Translations under genes and position numbers: made by a program
Notes under the pieces: model-generated
Database searches by the model: none
What the model was told of the DNA's origin: nothing
The model's input: the letters and a program-made list of their open reading frames with translations, nothing else
Shown here: one piece after another, positions 35,181 to 49,936 of the stretch
How positions within the stretch are numbered: position 1 is the first letter of the stretch
Layout: every line of letters starts with the position of its first letter
Assembly (NCBI GenBank): GCA_951406725.2
Contig: OX597831.1
Coordinates: 54,498,001 to 54,562,000, forward strand
Direction of reading: 5' to 3'
Length of the DNA: 64,000 nucleotides
Source of the DNA: Octopus vulgaris
Taxonomy: Eukaryota

Positions 35181-37072
35181 AATTGGCTCTTAAGAAGGAT
35201 GAGCCACTGATACAAGTCAAGTTTTCAGTACTACTATTACTGCTGCTGCTGCTACTGATTGAAGTAAAGATGTTTTTGTCTGTTGCATATATGGAGAAGA
35301 CTATAGTCAAAATATATATGCACGTGTCATAGAAAACTTTAACAATTTCCTGTGTGCCTATGTATATGTAGGTTTAACATCTGAGTTTAGTTTGTATATA
35401 TTGGTCCTTGGGTGAGATGATATCTCAGTAATACAGCATCTACAGTAATACAGAAACTCATTAAAATTTTTGATGTGGCTAAAGCTGTAGCATTGTGTGA
35501 AGAGCTGAAAAAGTCAAGAGAGACCCATGTATTGGTGAGGCTATGTGTTCTGTTGAGTATATCAATACTGACAGATGTTTTGTAAACAAAGCAGGTAGAG
35601 AGTTGCAAAATGCGTGAGAATGATAAATTTCAGATTCAGTTTTGTCCTGTACATGCAAAGAGTGATATTAATATGCCAAATCAGTCCACTTCACAAAAAT
35701 ATGCAAGTCGTGGTTGCTCCACTAAAAGGAAAACATTTAAGCAATTTAATTAGCTTAAGCGAATGGATGCATTATGTGTGAGTATACAAGACTGGATGCC
35801 ACTTACCATAGGTATATATGGGCTTTATTAATTAGAAATAATAGATGAGGGCACAATGACATGTATTATCTCTGACTGTTGGTGAGAAGTTATCTGATGT
35901 TGCTGACCATTTTCATCTTCAAGTATTTTGACTGCTTTTTAGACTTTAAAATTCTTATGAAGTTATTATTCAGATGGAGTTGGTCAGAAATTCTTGGTTG
36001 TGAGCATACATACAGAACTTATTTGAGCTTATTTATTTATCCATTTATCTGTTTAATTTTTTAATAGAAAGTGGGTGATTGGAAATAGTGGTGGGTCAGT
36101 TTTACTTCATAGCAAATGAAAGTAGTGCTATTGAAAAAAAGAAAAAGAAAAATTACATCAAATGCTTAGTGATACAGGTATTTGATCATTCTTGATACCA
36201 GAACAATAAATACATCACTCTAACTTCTTAATGAAGAACTGCTATCAGATACACTTGTAAAACAATTTATAGCAGAAGAATTTTTATTGCTATATATGGT
36301 TTCATAGTTTTGTGTGTTATTTTTCTTTTCTTAACCTGTTTCAAAATAATGAGTTTGGTGCTCATAATTATGTACCAACTTTAACTCTATAATACTATAA
36401 TGCCTATGTGTAAAAAAAAAAAAGAAGAAAAGAAAAAAAAATGTTGGATTTCTTATATCCAGAAAACTTGGAATTAATGAAGGTGTGATTTGTGATATAA
36501 TACCTTTCTGAGAAGCATTATAAGTGAAATAGTTTCAGCTAGGAATTGAAATAATGTCATGAATTTCATTTAGCTACAAACTTAATACTCCACCATATTA
36601 CCATATCCTTGTATCCTTTCATTATTCTATAAAATTACTATGTTCAACACAAGATCAGTGTCTTACTGAAAGGAGTGGCTACATGATTGCTTGACCTGCT
36701 AAAAATAGTTGCCAAAACCCCCTGCACTTACTATCATTTCAGCAATGGAGGATAACTTGTACAATATAGTTTTGATATACAAAAGGATGGAATGATCATG
36801 AATGGATAGGTTTATTCAATCAGGGCTGTTGAAATATACTGCCTGTGTTGCAATTAATTTTGAAAATAACAAGCAATTTGTTACTATTAAGCTTGTGTCT
36901 GGAACACAAATTAACATTGAATTTTAATTGGGGATTTTAATTTCGATAACTTTAATACTGGAAGTTTCTATCATAGGACTTGGGGCAGTTTCTGGCAGGT
37001 TGGTATTAAAAAAGTTATAGCACTGAAGTCATGTGACTCTCTGTATGCATGTTTTTAGTATTTTCCCATGTT

Positions 37073-37290
37073 AAGGTGGTAAGCTGGAAGAATTGTTGGC
37101 ACGCCAAGCAAAATGCTTAGCGTCATTTTGCCTGTCTTTGTTCTGAATTCTAATTCTGCTGGGGTCAACTGTGCCTTTCATCCTTTCAGGGTCGATGAAA
37201 TGAGTACCAGTCAAGTACTGGCTAGATGTAATCGGTTTACCTCCTTCTCCAGAATTCTTGGCTTTGTGCCAAAATTTGAAACTAATATTT
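37073..37290 (+). mobile_element. SINE family B
   Basis: AAGCTGGAAGAATTGTTGGCACGCC head; GCCTTTCATCCTTTCAGGGTCGATGAAATGAGTACCAG core. Confidence 0.78.
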
Positions 37291-37461
37291 TCCTGGCATT
37301 ATTGTATTTACATTGAATTATAAGAAAAATTATGAAATAATTAAGATTTTAGTTTAGTTGTCTATATGAGAGCAAGTAGTCAAAGTTGTTCAGTTTTCCG
37401 AGGTTTAAAAAAAAAATTGTAATTGATCTAAGCATCTCTGCATTGGCAAAGAACACGCATA

Positions 37462-37531
37462 GGCGGTGCTCCAGCATGGCCGCAGTCAAATGACTGAAAC
37501 AAGTAAAAAGAGTAAAAAAGAGAGTAAAAGA
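37462..37531 (+). mobile_element. Tail-only SINE A insertion flanked by a 37-bp direct duplication
   Basis: GATCTAAGCATCTCTGCATTGGCAAAGAACACGCATA is identical at 37425-37461 and 37532-37568. Confidence 0.9.
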
Positions 37532-37745
37532 GATCTAAGCATCTCTGCATTGGCAAAGAACACGCATAAGATCATTGAATGTCAGAAAAATATTGATAAC
37601 TTCAGTCGTGATTGTATCCAACTTTTTATTGAAGCCTGTACAACATATGAAAACAGTTTAAGGACTGAATTACTTTTAATGGTAGTTCTGATATTTAAGA
37701 GATATGAGGTGTAGGTGGGATCATTCTGATATCACCATGTTGATA

Positions 37746-38962
37746 CACAGACATAACAGAAGTAAATAGACACTCTTCTATTATTAAAATATATTTAAAT
37801 CTGAAATTATGCATTCAAATTATTTATCAATTACTATAATGTGAATATCTAATATTTAGTAGACATGCCCTTTGCATTTTTCAATGCAAGGACCCTATTA
37901 GGCATGCTACTGATCAGATAACAAATATTTTCTTGAGGAATGTCTTGCCAAGTTTCATGCAGTAATCTCAAAAGATCTGGCTTTGAGGATGCTTTGTCCA
38001 TTATACCCCAGAGGTGTTCAATAGGGTTCATATCTGGTGTCTGGCTTGACCATGGAAGCTTTTTAATGCTATTCTCATCCAACCAATCTTGGGTCTTTTT
38101 AGCTGTGTGACAAGGAGCCCCATCTTCCATAAATAAGGAGTTTTCTTTAAATATTTCACCATTAGAGAAGATTGGAAGAAATACTTTCTGCAATATGGAC
38201 ACATTTATCTGAGTTTATGTTTCCCTCATACTCCACCAGCTCTGATTGACCATTGCTCCAAGTTGCTCCCCAGACCATCACAGAATAGCTTCTGTGCTTC
38301 ATTGTAGGTTGCAATTTTTTCACGCCAAATTCTTGATCAGTCTCCAGGCCCACACTCGACCACTGTCAGAAAATACAACAAACTTGGACTCATCAGAGAA
38401 TATGACAGTGTCCCAAAATGCTAGTGATCTCTCCACCATCTCACTGGCCCAATCTTTTCTCCACTTGATATTGGCTAGTCAAAGAAGTAGCTTCCTTCTT
38501 GCTGCTCTGTCATAGTAACCAAGTTTGTGGAGATACCCAACAGCTGTTCTGGGACTGACATCGGCTTGTTCTGCTATGTTAGAGGCGTTGCAATGAGGAT
38601 TATCCTCTACATTTCTCTTAACAAAGTGAAGGGTCCCATCAGAGGACCCTGATTGACCTGGACAAGGTGATGTTGTCTCCTTCCTCTCCCTAGTGAATTG
38701 CACAATCGCTCTAGTAACTGTAGACTGGGATCCCAAGGTTTTCAGTGATTTTACGCTGACTTAGTCCACTTTCAGATTGACCCACAATACAGCCTCTTTG
38801 AAATTCGGACAGTTCCAAGGCTTCTTTTGTACATGGCATGATTAAACAGTCACATATAGAACCTGAAACATAAAAATGCCAATTCATAAAAATATATAAA
38901 CTTTTTCAAGTAATGTAAAACAATGTTTTATGAGGTTTTTATTTACTTCTGTCATGTCTGTG
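37746..38962 (-). mobile_element. Tc1-family (DD34E) DNA transposon, non-functional
   Basis: TIRs CACAGACAT(A/G)ACAGAAGTAAATA, TA on both sides, length 1217 bp. Confidence 0.92.
37849..38839 (-). pseudogene. Tc1-like transposase pseudogene
   Basis: [20 protein letters not shown] start, IFSDES, VMVWG, FMEDGAPCH-x-PDMNPIEHLW (34 residues between D and E) and AKGMSTKY end. Several frameshifts. Confidence 0.9.
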
Positions 38963-39009
38963 TATTATTAAAATACTTTTCAAAGCCTTAGATATGTTAC
39001 TTAAAGCTC

Positions 39010-39370
39010 TTTTACTTGTTCCAAACATTGGACTGCAGCCATGTTAGGACAACCATCTTCAAGAGTTTTTAGTTAATCATACATCAACCAGCATAGTTAT
39101 TTTATCAGTTTCTTTGTATTGAGTTGCTAAGTTAAGTGGTTATGACATAAAGTAGATGCAGCCTGACATGGGTTTCTGCAGGTAAATATAAACACACACA
39201 GATATGTTATTTGTATACATATCAGGCTTCCATCCAATTCTGTTAACAAATTTCACTCGCAAGGCATTAATCAACCTGATTCTATTGTAGAAGACACCTG
39301 TCCAAGGTGTCAAACAGTACCCTGGTACCCTCTGGTTGTGAAGTGAAAACTTGTTAACCCCTTGCCTGCA
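39010..39370 (-). mobile_element. SINE family A, diverged
   Basis: CTTTTTACTTGTTCCAAACATTGGACTGCAGCCATG tail and reverse-complement body. Confidence 0.65.
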
Positions 39371-40964
39371 TCTGATATAATATTCGTTTTTCAACTGGAC
39401 ACAAACCTAATTTTTAAAGGGAACAGAGTTATATATATATGATTGAGTCAATCTGAATATAATTGTGTGTTTATTTTAAAGGGAGGATTGGCTCCACCAC
39501 TCAGGCTTATCAAACTGTGTGTGTATGAATATGTGTGTGTAATTGTGTTTAAATGTATATGTGCATATTCATACATGTGCACATGTATGTATGGCTATGT
39601 GTCGAGATATTTGTATATATTTGTTTTTGTCTGTGAGCAGATCATGGAATTGGTAGTGTCAAATTGAACCAGTCTGTGGTATTGTGTATTTTTATGCTCA
39701 GATTGACTTTTGCCTTTCCTTGTAATGTCAAAGTACCAGACAAAGTATATGGAAGGGGGAAGATACAAGGGATTAAAACCCCACTAAAACAGTCAGTATC
39801 TTAGAATGACTCTACTGCAATTGCTAAAATCAGTAAAAGAAAGATCAAAGAATTTTTAATGGTACTAGTTGAGTTGAAGAAATGAAAGCTAAGCTGAACA
39901 TAGGGTGATTCAGGAGTCAGAATATAGAATGTGTAAACTTAAATACTGTAAGTTTAGCATTCTGAGGGACTGATTTAGCATAGGTTTGCTCCCGAACATG
40001 TTTCTGCGTATTGCAGTCTTTTTGTTGTGCTAGTACAATGACCTCTATTCTCCAGAGCTAGCTAGTTACATATCTCTTCCACTCAGGTCCACTTGATACG
40101 CTTGTCTCCCCACCAACCCTGTACTTATCACTATGCCCAATTTTTCTTTCTCTACAGAATCAAATTTCTAGAATAATTCCTTCCTTGCCTATAATATATT
40201 TTCCTGCAGTTGTTCAAGATGGATGCCAACTGATAAAGTTGTGGGAGTCATGAGCAGACCACTTTCTTCCTGATAAATTCATATGGGGCAGAGGCAGGGG
40301 GAATTGTTTAAGAATTTTGGTATTAGCATTTGAATTTCAGAACTGAGAAATACGTTAATTTTCCTTCCTCTTCAAATAACTTAATTAATTTTTGATTTAA
40401 AAAAAAATAGCTGATGTTGTCATAAACCTAGTAAACTGATTAGAAATGGTATTAGCATAATTTTTATTAAATGTAACATTTTTAATTCCTTTTGATTATT
40501 TCTGTATTCATTTTTAATTTATTAATTTGATGTTGTAACTGCCAAAAATGTCTGGAAATATAATAAATGCTAAAAGATTTAGGAAAAATTAAATATATTT
40601 CAAAAACATTTTCTTTTTACTTGAGATTAAAATAGGCATGGTCTCTAAAATTGAACAGTTAGAAATATATTTTAAATAGAAAAACCAGTATCACCTTTCC
40701 AAAATCAAGATTAGAAACAACCTGATAAAAAGCATGTATGCAAAATTTATTTATGAAACGTTGATAGAGAAAAATAATGAAAAGATTTGCAATTAGTTTT
40801 GACAAATTAACATCAGGTAAAGTTTTTTTTTAAATGATTATGTAAAGTCTGTTAGTTAATTCTGACGTTTTGCAATTTTATTTTCTCCAAGTGTCAAACT
40901 TTGTTAATGAATGTATAACTTCCCTAAATCATTATATTAGAACAGCTACTAAATTTTTTTAAAT

Positions 40965-41281
40965 TCTTTTTACTGCTGGTTTAACTTCCTGTTGTCAACC
41001 CTACATTGTTTCTAAGGAATGTAATATTTCCTCATGACCAGGTAATGTTTTTTTTATGGAAGACTGGAAATGAACAATATCACTTGTGTGACAGTGATGC
41101 TCATTTACAACCAGCACCTGATGTCAAGATAAGTAGTTACCATCTACCAAATCCACTCATAAGGCTTTGGTCAGTCCAGAGTTATAGTAGATGCTTGCCC
41201 AAGGTACTGCATGGTGGGGCTGAACTTGAGTCCATATGGTTGGGAAACAAGCTTCTCAACCACACAGCTACACTTATGCCT
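40965..41281 (-). mobile_element. SINE with family A head and RTE-type body
   Basis: CTACCAAATCCACTCATAAGGCTTTGGTC...CTTGCCCAAGG...CAACCACACAGC, plus a body matching 31765-32000. Confidence 0.65.
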
Positions 41282-43005
<1,724 letters not shown>

Positions 43006-43916
43006 GTCTCTTACAGCCCAATAAACCTATCTTAGTTGTTTATATTTTTAAGCAGCTTAAGAAACCTAAATAAGATGTGAGTTTTGTCTCAATCTTATAT
43101 CATGTTCATTATTGCTTTTATATCTGCTTTTTCCATGCTGAAATGAATTGGATAAGATTTCTTGAGAGAACATTCTACAATCAGATGCCTCTCCTGATGT
43201 TAATCCTTGTTTTCAAGTAAGGTAATTTATTAGGCTTCTTCATGCATTGAACTGCCTGGTTGCCAGACTTTTTATTTATGCTGGTTATAAATTTAAACAC
43301 TGCCCAAACATTGCCGCATATTCTTGAAGGGCTCTGAATAGTTTCCATGTGTCAAATTTCACTTCTCAGGCATTGACCAACCTGAGTCTATAGTAGAAGA
43401 CACTTACCCAAAACAGTGTGGCTGTTTAGCAAACTTCTTAACTACACATCTATGTCTGCACTCATGTTCTTTAATGATAAACTATTATTATTGTTATGTA
43501 ACTTCAGGTCAGCTCTGATCAAGCAGACTCTTATCATGAGGTAGTTGGTCAAACAACAATTTCTTTTGTTCCAAATAGTGGTTGCTTAACTTGCTAGAAT
43601 CTCCTTTATAGTTTACCATGCTATCTTGAAAATGGATGATGACTATATTGGGTGACGTAATCCTGAATATATCAGGAAAGGCTGATATATTGCTCGGCTG
43701 CTGTGTGTTAGAAATAACTCAGTGTTGTTGCTATTGATGGACTGTTGATATACTGTAGATGGACTGTTGTTGCTATTGATAGACTGTTGTTGCTGTTGAT
43801 TTGCCATTGTTGTTATTGATTTACTGACATTTTGGACAGTTAAATATGTGTATGTATTTGCAATTTAAAATATCAGTTTCTTTATTCATTGAACTTTGTT
43901 CATTTTCTCTCCACAG

Positions 43917-43957
43917 GCATGAAAAAAGCTGATAAACAGAAACCAATGCCTCTAGAT
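43917..43957 (+). CDS. PIP5K1: Probable small exon of the PIP5K1-like gene (xGC-MKKADKQKPMPLD)
   Basis: Acceptor TTCATTTTCTCTCCACAG and donor GTAAGT. Open frame from ATG at 43919 ends in phase 0, matching the phase-0 start of exon 57119. Confidence 0.6.
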
Positions 43958-44544
43958 GTAAGTATAATTAATTGATTTCTAATATTTCACCAAGTAAAAA
44001 GTTGGCCATTGTTTTTGAGCTTGCTTTAGTTTGCTTCACTAAACATAAAACACAAGTTAATTTCCAGTATGGAATGACAGATCTAAGATAATCACATTCT
44101 GTTGGTTTCTGTTTTTCAGATGCTTTTAAAACTAGTTTTAACTTTAATTTTTATTTACAGTGCTTATTGTTATCAGAAGGAAGTGAACATGAATAAAACA
44201 GACATTACTTTATATCTAGCCAACTACAGTTAACTTTTAGGGTATGATGAAAGGAAGTGTTATCTCAGTTTGCATGGATCAACTTGATATCATCTCTGTA
44301 TTCTTACTCCCACCCTTTCTATGTATCAATTCCTTCTAGAAATTTCCTCACTCCCTGACTGTTGATCCTTTCTTGTCTGCCAAATACTGTAATTGTAGGA
44401 TTTATTTCTTCCTCTTGGCCAGTATTTCTCAATAAGGTTTTGTTGTTAAAGTTTATCTGCAACTAATTGGTTATCCACAATGCACAAAATATTTTAACTT
44501 TTTTCTATACAATTCTTAATGATCTGATCTGGAAGTGTTTCTTC

Positions 44545-44910
44545 AACTGGGCGCCCTTCTTAACGTCAAGCACTCCAAGAGTGTAGTGGGTGCTTTTTAC
44601 GTGCCACCGGCACAGGGGCCCAGAAAAGGTGGCATTGACCACAATTGGATGATGCTTTTTACATGCCGCTGGCACAGAAGCCAATTACAGAGGCACTAGC
44701 ATCGGCCACGTTCGGATTGTGCTTTTTACATGCTACCATCACGGGGTCACAACTACAATTTCCATTTGATTTGATTTTGATATTGCTGTTGCTGTACTTG
44801 ACTCAATAGGTCTCTGCAAGCACGGCATGTCACCCTATGATCCAAAGTACTTTTGAGTGGGCTGGTTATGCGACACTGGTGTAGGTTACAGTTGTGGACT
44901 CACTGCTTCA
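44545..44910 (-). mobile_element. RTE-associated short repeat with three internal units
   Basis: TGCTTTTTAC(G/A)TGC occurs three times; related to 16908-17106 and 50964-51236. Confidence 0.6.
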
Positions 44911-45384
44911 GATTTTCTCTTCACATTCACACCATCACATTTAAAAAAAATTTCAATCTGGTTGATGATGGTGGATGATGGAAAAACTGTTGGAGAGTAA
45001 CTGACAAACAATACATCTGACTTGATTATCTTTCTTGCTTTCTTAGCCTCTCTTTCTTCATTTTCATTCTCTTCTTACTCTTGTTTTATCCTCTCATTAT
45101 TCTCTCATATTCATTATTTTCTCTTTCATCTCTGTCTCTCTGTCTGTATTTTATATAAGGTATTTGAAGGAGGAGGAGCAGTAACCATGACTAGCTCTCC
45201 AGACAAGCAATATTGATGTGGCTTGATGCCCATATTGAATATCTGTAGGTCAGTGTCTGCTGGAAATAAAAAAGGAAGTGGGGGGAGGGATTTGGGTTTA
45301 AGGGTTTAAAAAAAGAGAAAAAAAAAGCGAACTTTGCTAAATACCTCCAAGATGAGGTGATGTTAAACTGAGCAGTGTGTTTTA

Positions 45385-45850
45385 CTTTCACTATCTCTCC
45401 TTACCCTTTTCACCACTCTCCATCTCTTCTCTCCATCTCTGTTTTCTCTCATCTCTTCTTCTTTTCCACCCCCAACTCCAATTCTCTCCACCCTATTTTC
45501 ACTTGTCTTTCCTACCTCTCTGCCTCTCCCCTCTCTTCCCCCTCTTTGCCCCCCTCTCCCCTCTCTCTTTGCCTCTCCTCCCCTCCCTGCTTCTTTTCTC
45601 CCCTCTCTGCCTATCTTCCCTTTCTCTGTCCCTCTCCCTTCTCTCTCTGCCTCTCTCCCTTTCCTCTCTGCTCCTCTTCCCTCTCTTTCCTTCATCCTCA
45701 GTTCTTCCCTCCCTCTCCATCCATCTGTTTATCTTCTCCATCTCTCTCCCCTTCTTCTCTCCCTTCTCCTCTCTTTGTCTCTTTGCCTCCCTCTTTCCCC
45801 ATCCCCCTTCCCTACACAATCTTTTGTCTCTTTCTCTTTTCTCTCATCAG
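45385..45850. repeat. Polypyrimidine (CT-rich) low-complexity tract
   Basis: Almost entirely C/T on the + strand; source of the Ser/Leu/Pro and Arg/Glu/Gly ORFs. Confidence 0.9.
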
Positions 45851-47647
45851 CAATTCTCAGTTGCATGTCCATCATCTCAATACTCTTCTTTTGCTTATCT
45901 TTTCTATCATTTTCAGAAAGTTAAAATTCTTTTAAATATTATGATTACAGTGCTCCAGCATGGCCTTGGCTGTGCTGGCTAAAACAAAATAAAAAAACAA
46001 AACAAAAAAAAAACATTGTTTTGCTTCTATTTTCCCCAATTTTGTCATGATTGTGATGGTTGTGAAAATTCAGACATTTGCTCTTCACTTATTAGACTAA
46101 TTAGTTGATCCCCCCCCCACACACTTCCTATTGCTGAACTTCTCACTTGGAGTGGAATCTGTTAGTCAGGCAGACATACTGAGGCAGGCAGGATTGTTGT
46201 CTGTCAGCCTTGACTGTCACATTAATTTCTTTATCAGCCTGCCTCTATAGTTTGAATTGTGTTTGCAAGTTTTGATGTACACAGGTCTAAAAATGATCTG
46301 ACTACGTTCAATAAGAAATACACTGAAGGTTAATGTAAGCATGAGCAGGGAACATCTTGTATTTATTTAAATTATTGATCGAAAATTCTCTTCATAAATT
46401 CCTTCATTAGTTGAAGATCCCTTTTTTATCTTTGCTAATAACATCCTCCCTCTCTATCTCCCTCTCTCTTGCTCTCTTGTTAAGCATTTCTCTCCATCAG
46501 CTGATGTTTATTTTGACAACTATTTCTTTTCTTTATTTTTTTGTTGTTGTTGTAATCTTGTTAATTTGTCAACCTTCCATTTTGATGTTTTAGTCAAATG
46601 TCATTGAGCGTGTTGTTTAGTAACCTTTTCAGATAGAATTCCTCATTTTCCTCCATCACCAGCTGTACTTTTATGTCCCCATATCCAATGCCTACCCCTA
46701 CCCTTTTACCAAAATACACTTCATTGGTATTTCTGCCATTAGTTGGCCTCAGACTGTGCTATCATCTAACTGAGTGTTTTTAGCTATATTAGAATTGATG
46801 TTTGATAAACTCAACACTAATAGCCTCAGTTTGTTGGCTGAAGTAAAGCAAAGCAACAATAAAATGATCAACTGTTTGTTAATGTTAAAGGCTAAAATTC
46901 TTCCTATCATGTATCATATAATAATTTATCTGTTTATGATCGCAGTGAAACTCTGCTATGTTTGTTTCCTGATTTCTTAATAAAAAAAAAAAAAGAAGTT
47001 CTTTTATTATTTTTTTTATTGAGATCATCTCTATCATTCTATTTTGACAATTGATTCTGACTTGCGATAAACAGAATGATGTTAGAGCTGCTTGATATTA
47101 TTAGCGTTAGTCAAGTTGAATTGTTGCATTGAGATAACTAATGCAATATTAGTTACAATTGTAAAGTTAACATGTTAGAGGTGCAGACACACCCGTATGG
47201 TTAAGAAGTTTGTTTCATAAACCACTTGGTTTTGTGTTTGATTCTACTGTGTGGCACTTTGAGCAAATGTGTTTTTTGCTATAATCTTCGGTTAAACAAT
47301 GCTTTGTGAGTGTAATTTCATAGACCGAAACTGTATGGCAGCCTGTTGAATGTGTGCGTGTGTGTGTGCATGTGTGCATGCGCGTGTGTGTGCATGCACA
47401 CTTCGTGTTGACATCACTTGGACAGCAGCGATGTTTGCTTATATTTTGCATAAATCCTACATGCCCTGCATCTTGGTGTCTTCAATCTACAAAGACTAGT
47501 GAATAAAGTGCCTTACATGAAAGTAAATAAGGATTTGCCATCAAGAAAGCATCTGGCCATAGAACTTTCTCTCTCTCTCTCTCCCTCCCTCCCTCCCTCA
47601 CTCTCTCTCTGTCTCTTTTTCTCAGAACAGGCTATCAAGTAGTTTCT

Positions 47648-47856
47648 TATTTCTTTATTGCCCACAAGGGGCTAAACATAGAGGGGACAAACAAGGACAG
47701 ACAAAGAGATTAAGTCGATTACATTGACCCCAGTGCATAACTGGTTACTTAATTTATCAATCCTGAAAGGATGAACTCAGAACATAACAGCAGACGAAAT
47801 ACCTCTAAGCATTTCGCCCAGCCTGCTAACGTTTCTGCCAGCTCTCCGCCTTATCA
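47648..47856 (-). mobile_element. SINE B-head variant with a 16-bp TSD, nested in a SINE A copy
   Basis: CTATCAAGTAGTTTCT at 47632-47647 and 47857-47872. Head GGCGGAGAGCTGGCAGAAACGTTAGC on the - strand. Family A sequence continues at 47873-47990. Confidence 0.82.
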
Positions 47857-48459
47857 CTATCAAGTAGTTTCTGTCTACCAAATTGACTCACAAGGCATTG
47901 GTCAGCTCTAGGCTGACCATGAGGTGCTGTGCAGTGGGACTGAACCTGAAACCATATGGTTGCAAAGCAAGTCTCTTAACCCTGTAACCAGTCTTGCTTA
48001 AAGGCAATTTTCATCCAATATAGTATCCTTGTGATAATTTCTTGGTTCATCATTATTAAGAAAAGGAATATGTTGGAAATCAATACTGTGCTCATGCTTA
48101 TTTGTTTTAATGTCTGTTTTTCTGTGCTAGAATACATTGGCCAGGAACTTATTTGAAACAGTATTTTTATAGTTGGATGATCTTTCTATCACCAACATTT
48201 TTTGTTCCACTACTTTGAGAGAGCAAAGTTACAAGAACTATGTTGACCAGTAATGTAGATAAGCCAACATCTTTCATACACACACACATGTACATATTCA
48301 ATGGTTTCTATGCATTTTTTGTCTTAATTTCATTTCACTCACACAGTATTGGTCAACCTAAGGCAATAATAAATGACATTTGGCTAAGGCACTGCACAGA
48401 GGAGCTAAATCTTAGACTACTTGGCTTTGAAGTGAGCTTCTTAACCACACCTTTGGTAT

Positions 48460-49211
48460 GTGTACCAATTGTGAAGTGCGAGTGCACAAGAGTGGGATTG
48501 TAAGCAGACTGGAAGAAGGAAGACTTTGTTTGTAGCAAATGTAGAAGTAGCTAGCAGCAAGAACACCAGTGAAATAAATTCTTTCAAATGTTATTGGAAG
48601 GCACCCTGAAAATAGTTGATAGTTTTTGTTACCCAAGTGAAAGTGGATAAGGTGTGAGGGTGAGTGTTTCAAAAGTGTTATTGCTAGACTAATAGCAGAG
48701 AAGAAAAAAATGCTGGGAGGTATTACCATTGCTGGCAACAAAGACACTCTCTCTTCTGAATGAAGGTCAAATGTGTGATGTTTGTGTATGAAGTGTAATG
48801 TTGCATGGTAGGAAAACACGGGCATTGAATGTAGAGGATATGCCAAGGCTGGAAGGAAAAAATGAGGTAAGCATGCTTCATTGGATATGTATTGAGTAAC
48901 AGCCAAATTAACTGAAAGAAAAATTGTGTGGAATCATTTGTAGTGTACAAGAGAGCAGACTGCACTTGTAGGGACATCTGATATGTACAGAGAATGCCAG
49001 TTGAGTGATGAAGATTCAAGTGATCGAATTGGAAGGAATCTGTGAAAGAGGAAGACTGAAGGAGATATGGAAAAAAAGTGGTGAAAGTTGATTTCAGAAG
49101 TCATGATGATGATGATGATGCTGATGAAAGAGCACAAGTGGCAATATGCTGTGCCATTGAAGACTCATCTAATCTACATAAACATGGAAAGGCAGAGATA
49201 AAAATGATGAT

Positions 49212-49215
<4 letters not shown>
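48460..49215 (+). mobile_element. Decayed RTE-type LINE 3' fragment
   Basis: GACTTTGTTTGTAGCAAATG and GTTGATAGTTTTTGTTACC (VDSFCY) are homologous to 2230-3480 in the opposite orientation. (GAT)n tail. Confidence 0.55.
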
Positions 49216-49242
<27 letters not shown>

Positions 49243-49936
49243 ATGTAAAAGAATAGCGATTTTGAATCCAGGGAAGTACCTTACAAGTATAATCCAGATT
49301 CTGGCTAACCACATCAAGTTTACTTCAAAACCCATAAGTGGTAATATTTTGAATAAAGTTGCATGGATACGTATACCCTAGATGAATTTATAATGCAACA
49401 GGATGCAACTGGTTACTACATCTTAGGATATCTTTGCAGTAAAAACACTTATTGGACAGAGATTTGAAGTGAATGTATTGTATAGAATATTGCAATAAAC
49501 AAGCCTTTGAGGATGTATAATTCTCCATTTTTATTTTTAATGTTACATATATGTATATGTATATACAATATGGTTGAATTAACAAAGAAGGTTTTGTGTG
49601 TACACTTGACCAACTAAAACTGGCAATCAAATCTCCTGTAAGTCACACCCTGTGTTTTAGTATATCAGTGGGCATGAAATGAAAGTGTGAAAAATGACGT
49701 AGTTGTTTCATGTAAAGATGAAATGAAAGTGTAATAGGCTGGTTTGTTTTGGTGAAAACGAAATGTTTCTAATTTCAAAATATATTACTTGCTGTGAACT
49801 GGACTAGTGCTGCATTTATATGAAACTATCTTCATAGTATATGCATATAAGTTGAATTATGAAAGGTAAAAGGATATTGTGTTTAGACTTGGGTCCCATG
49901 GTGAAGCTATCCCATTTTATAGATGTAAATATACAT

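Noticed and set aside
34696-35310. 204-aa minus ORF
   Set aside because: Runs antisense through a SINE A copy and a short trinucleotide repeat; no protein motif.
37425-37568. 37-bp repeat-spacer-repeat resembling a CRISPR unit
   Set aside because: Only two repeats, the spacer is a SINE tail, eukaryotic context and no cas genes.
43723-43830. Degenerate ~20-bp tandem repeat (CTGTTGTTGCTATTGAT) upstream of the small exon
   Set aside because: Short and irregular; consistent with ordinary slippage.
45363-45982. Ser/Leu/Pro-rich and Arg/Glu/Gly-rich ORFs
   Set aside because: Products of the CT-rich low-complexity tract.
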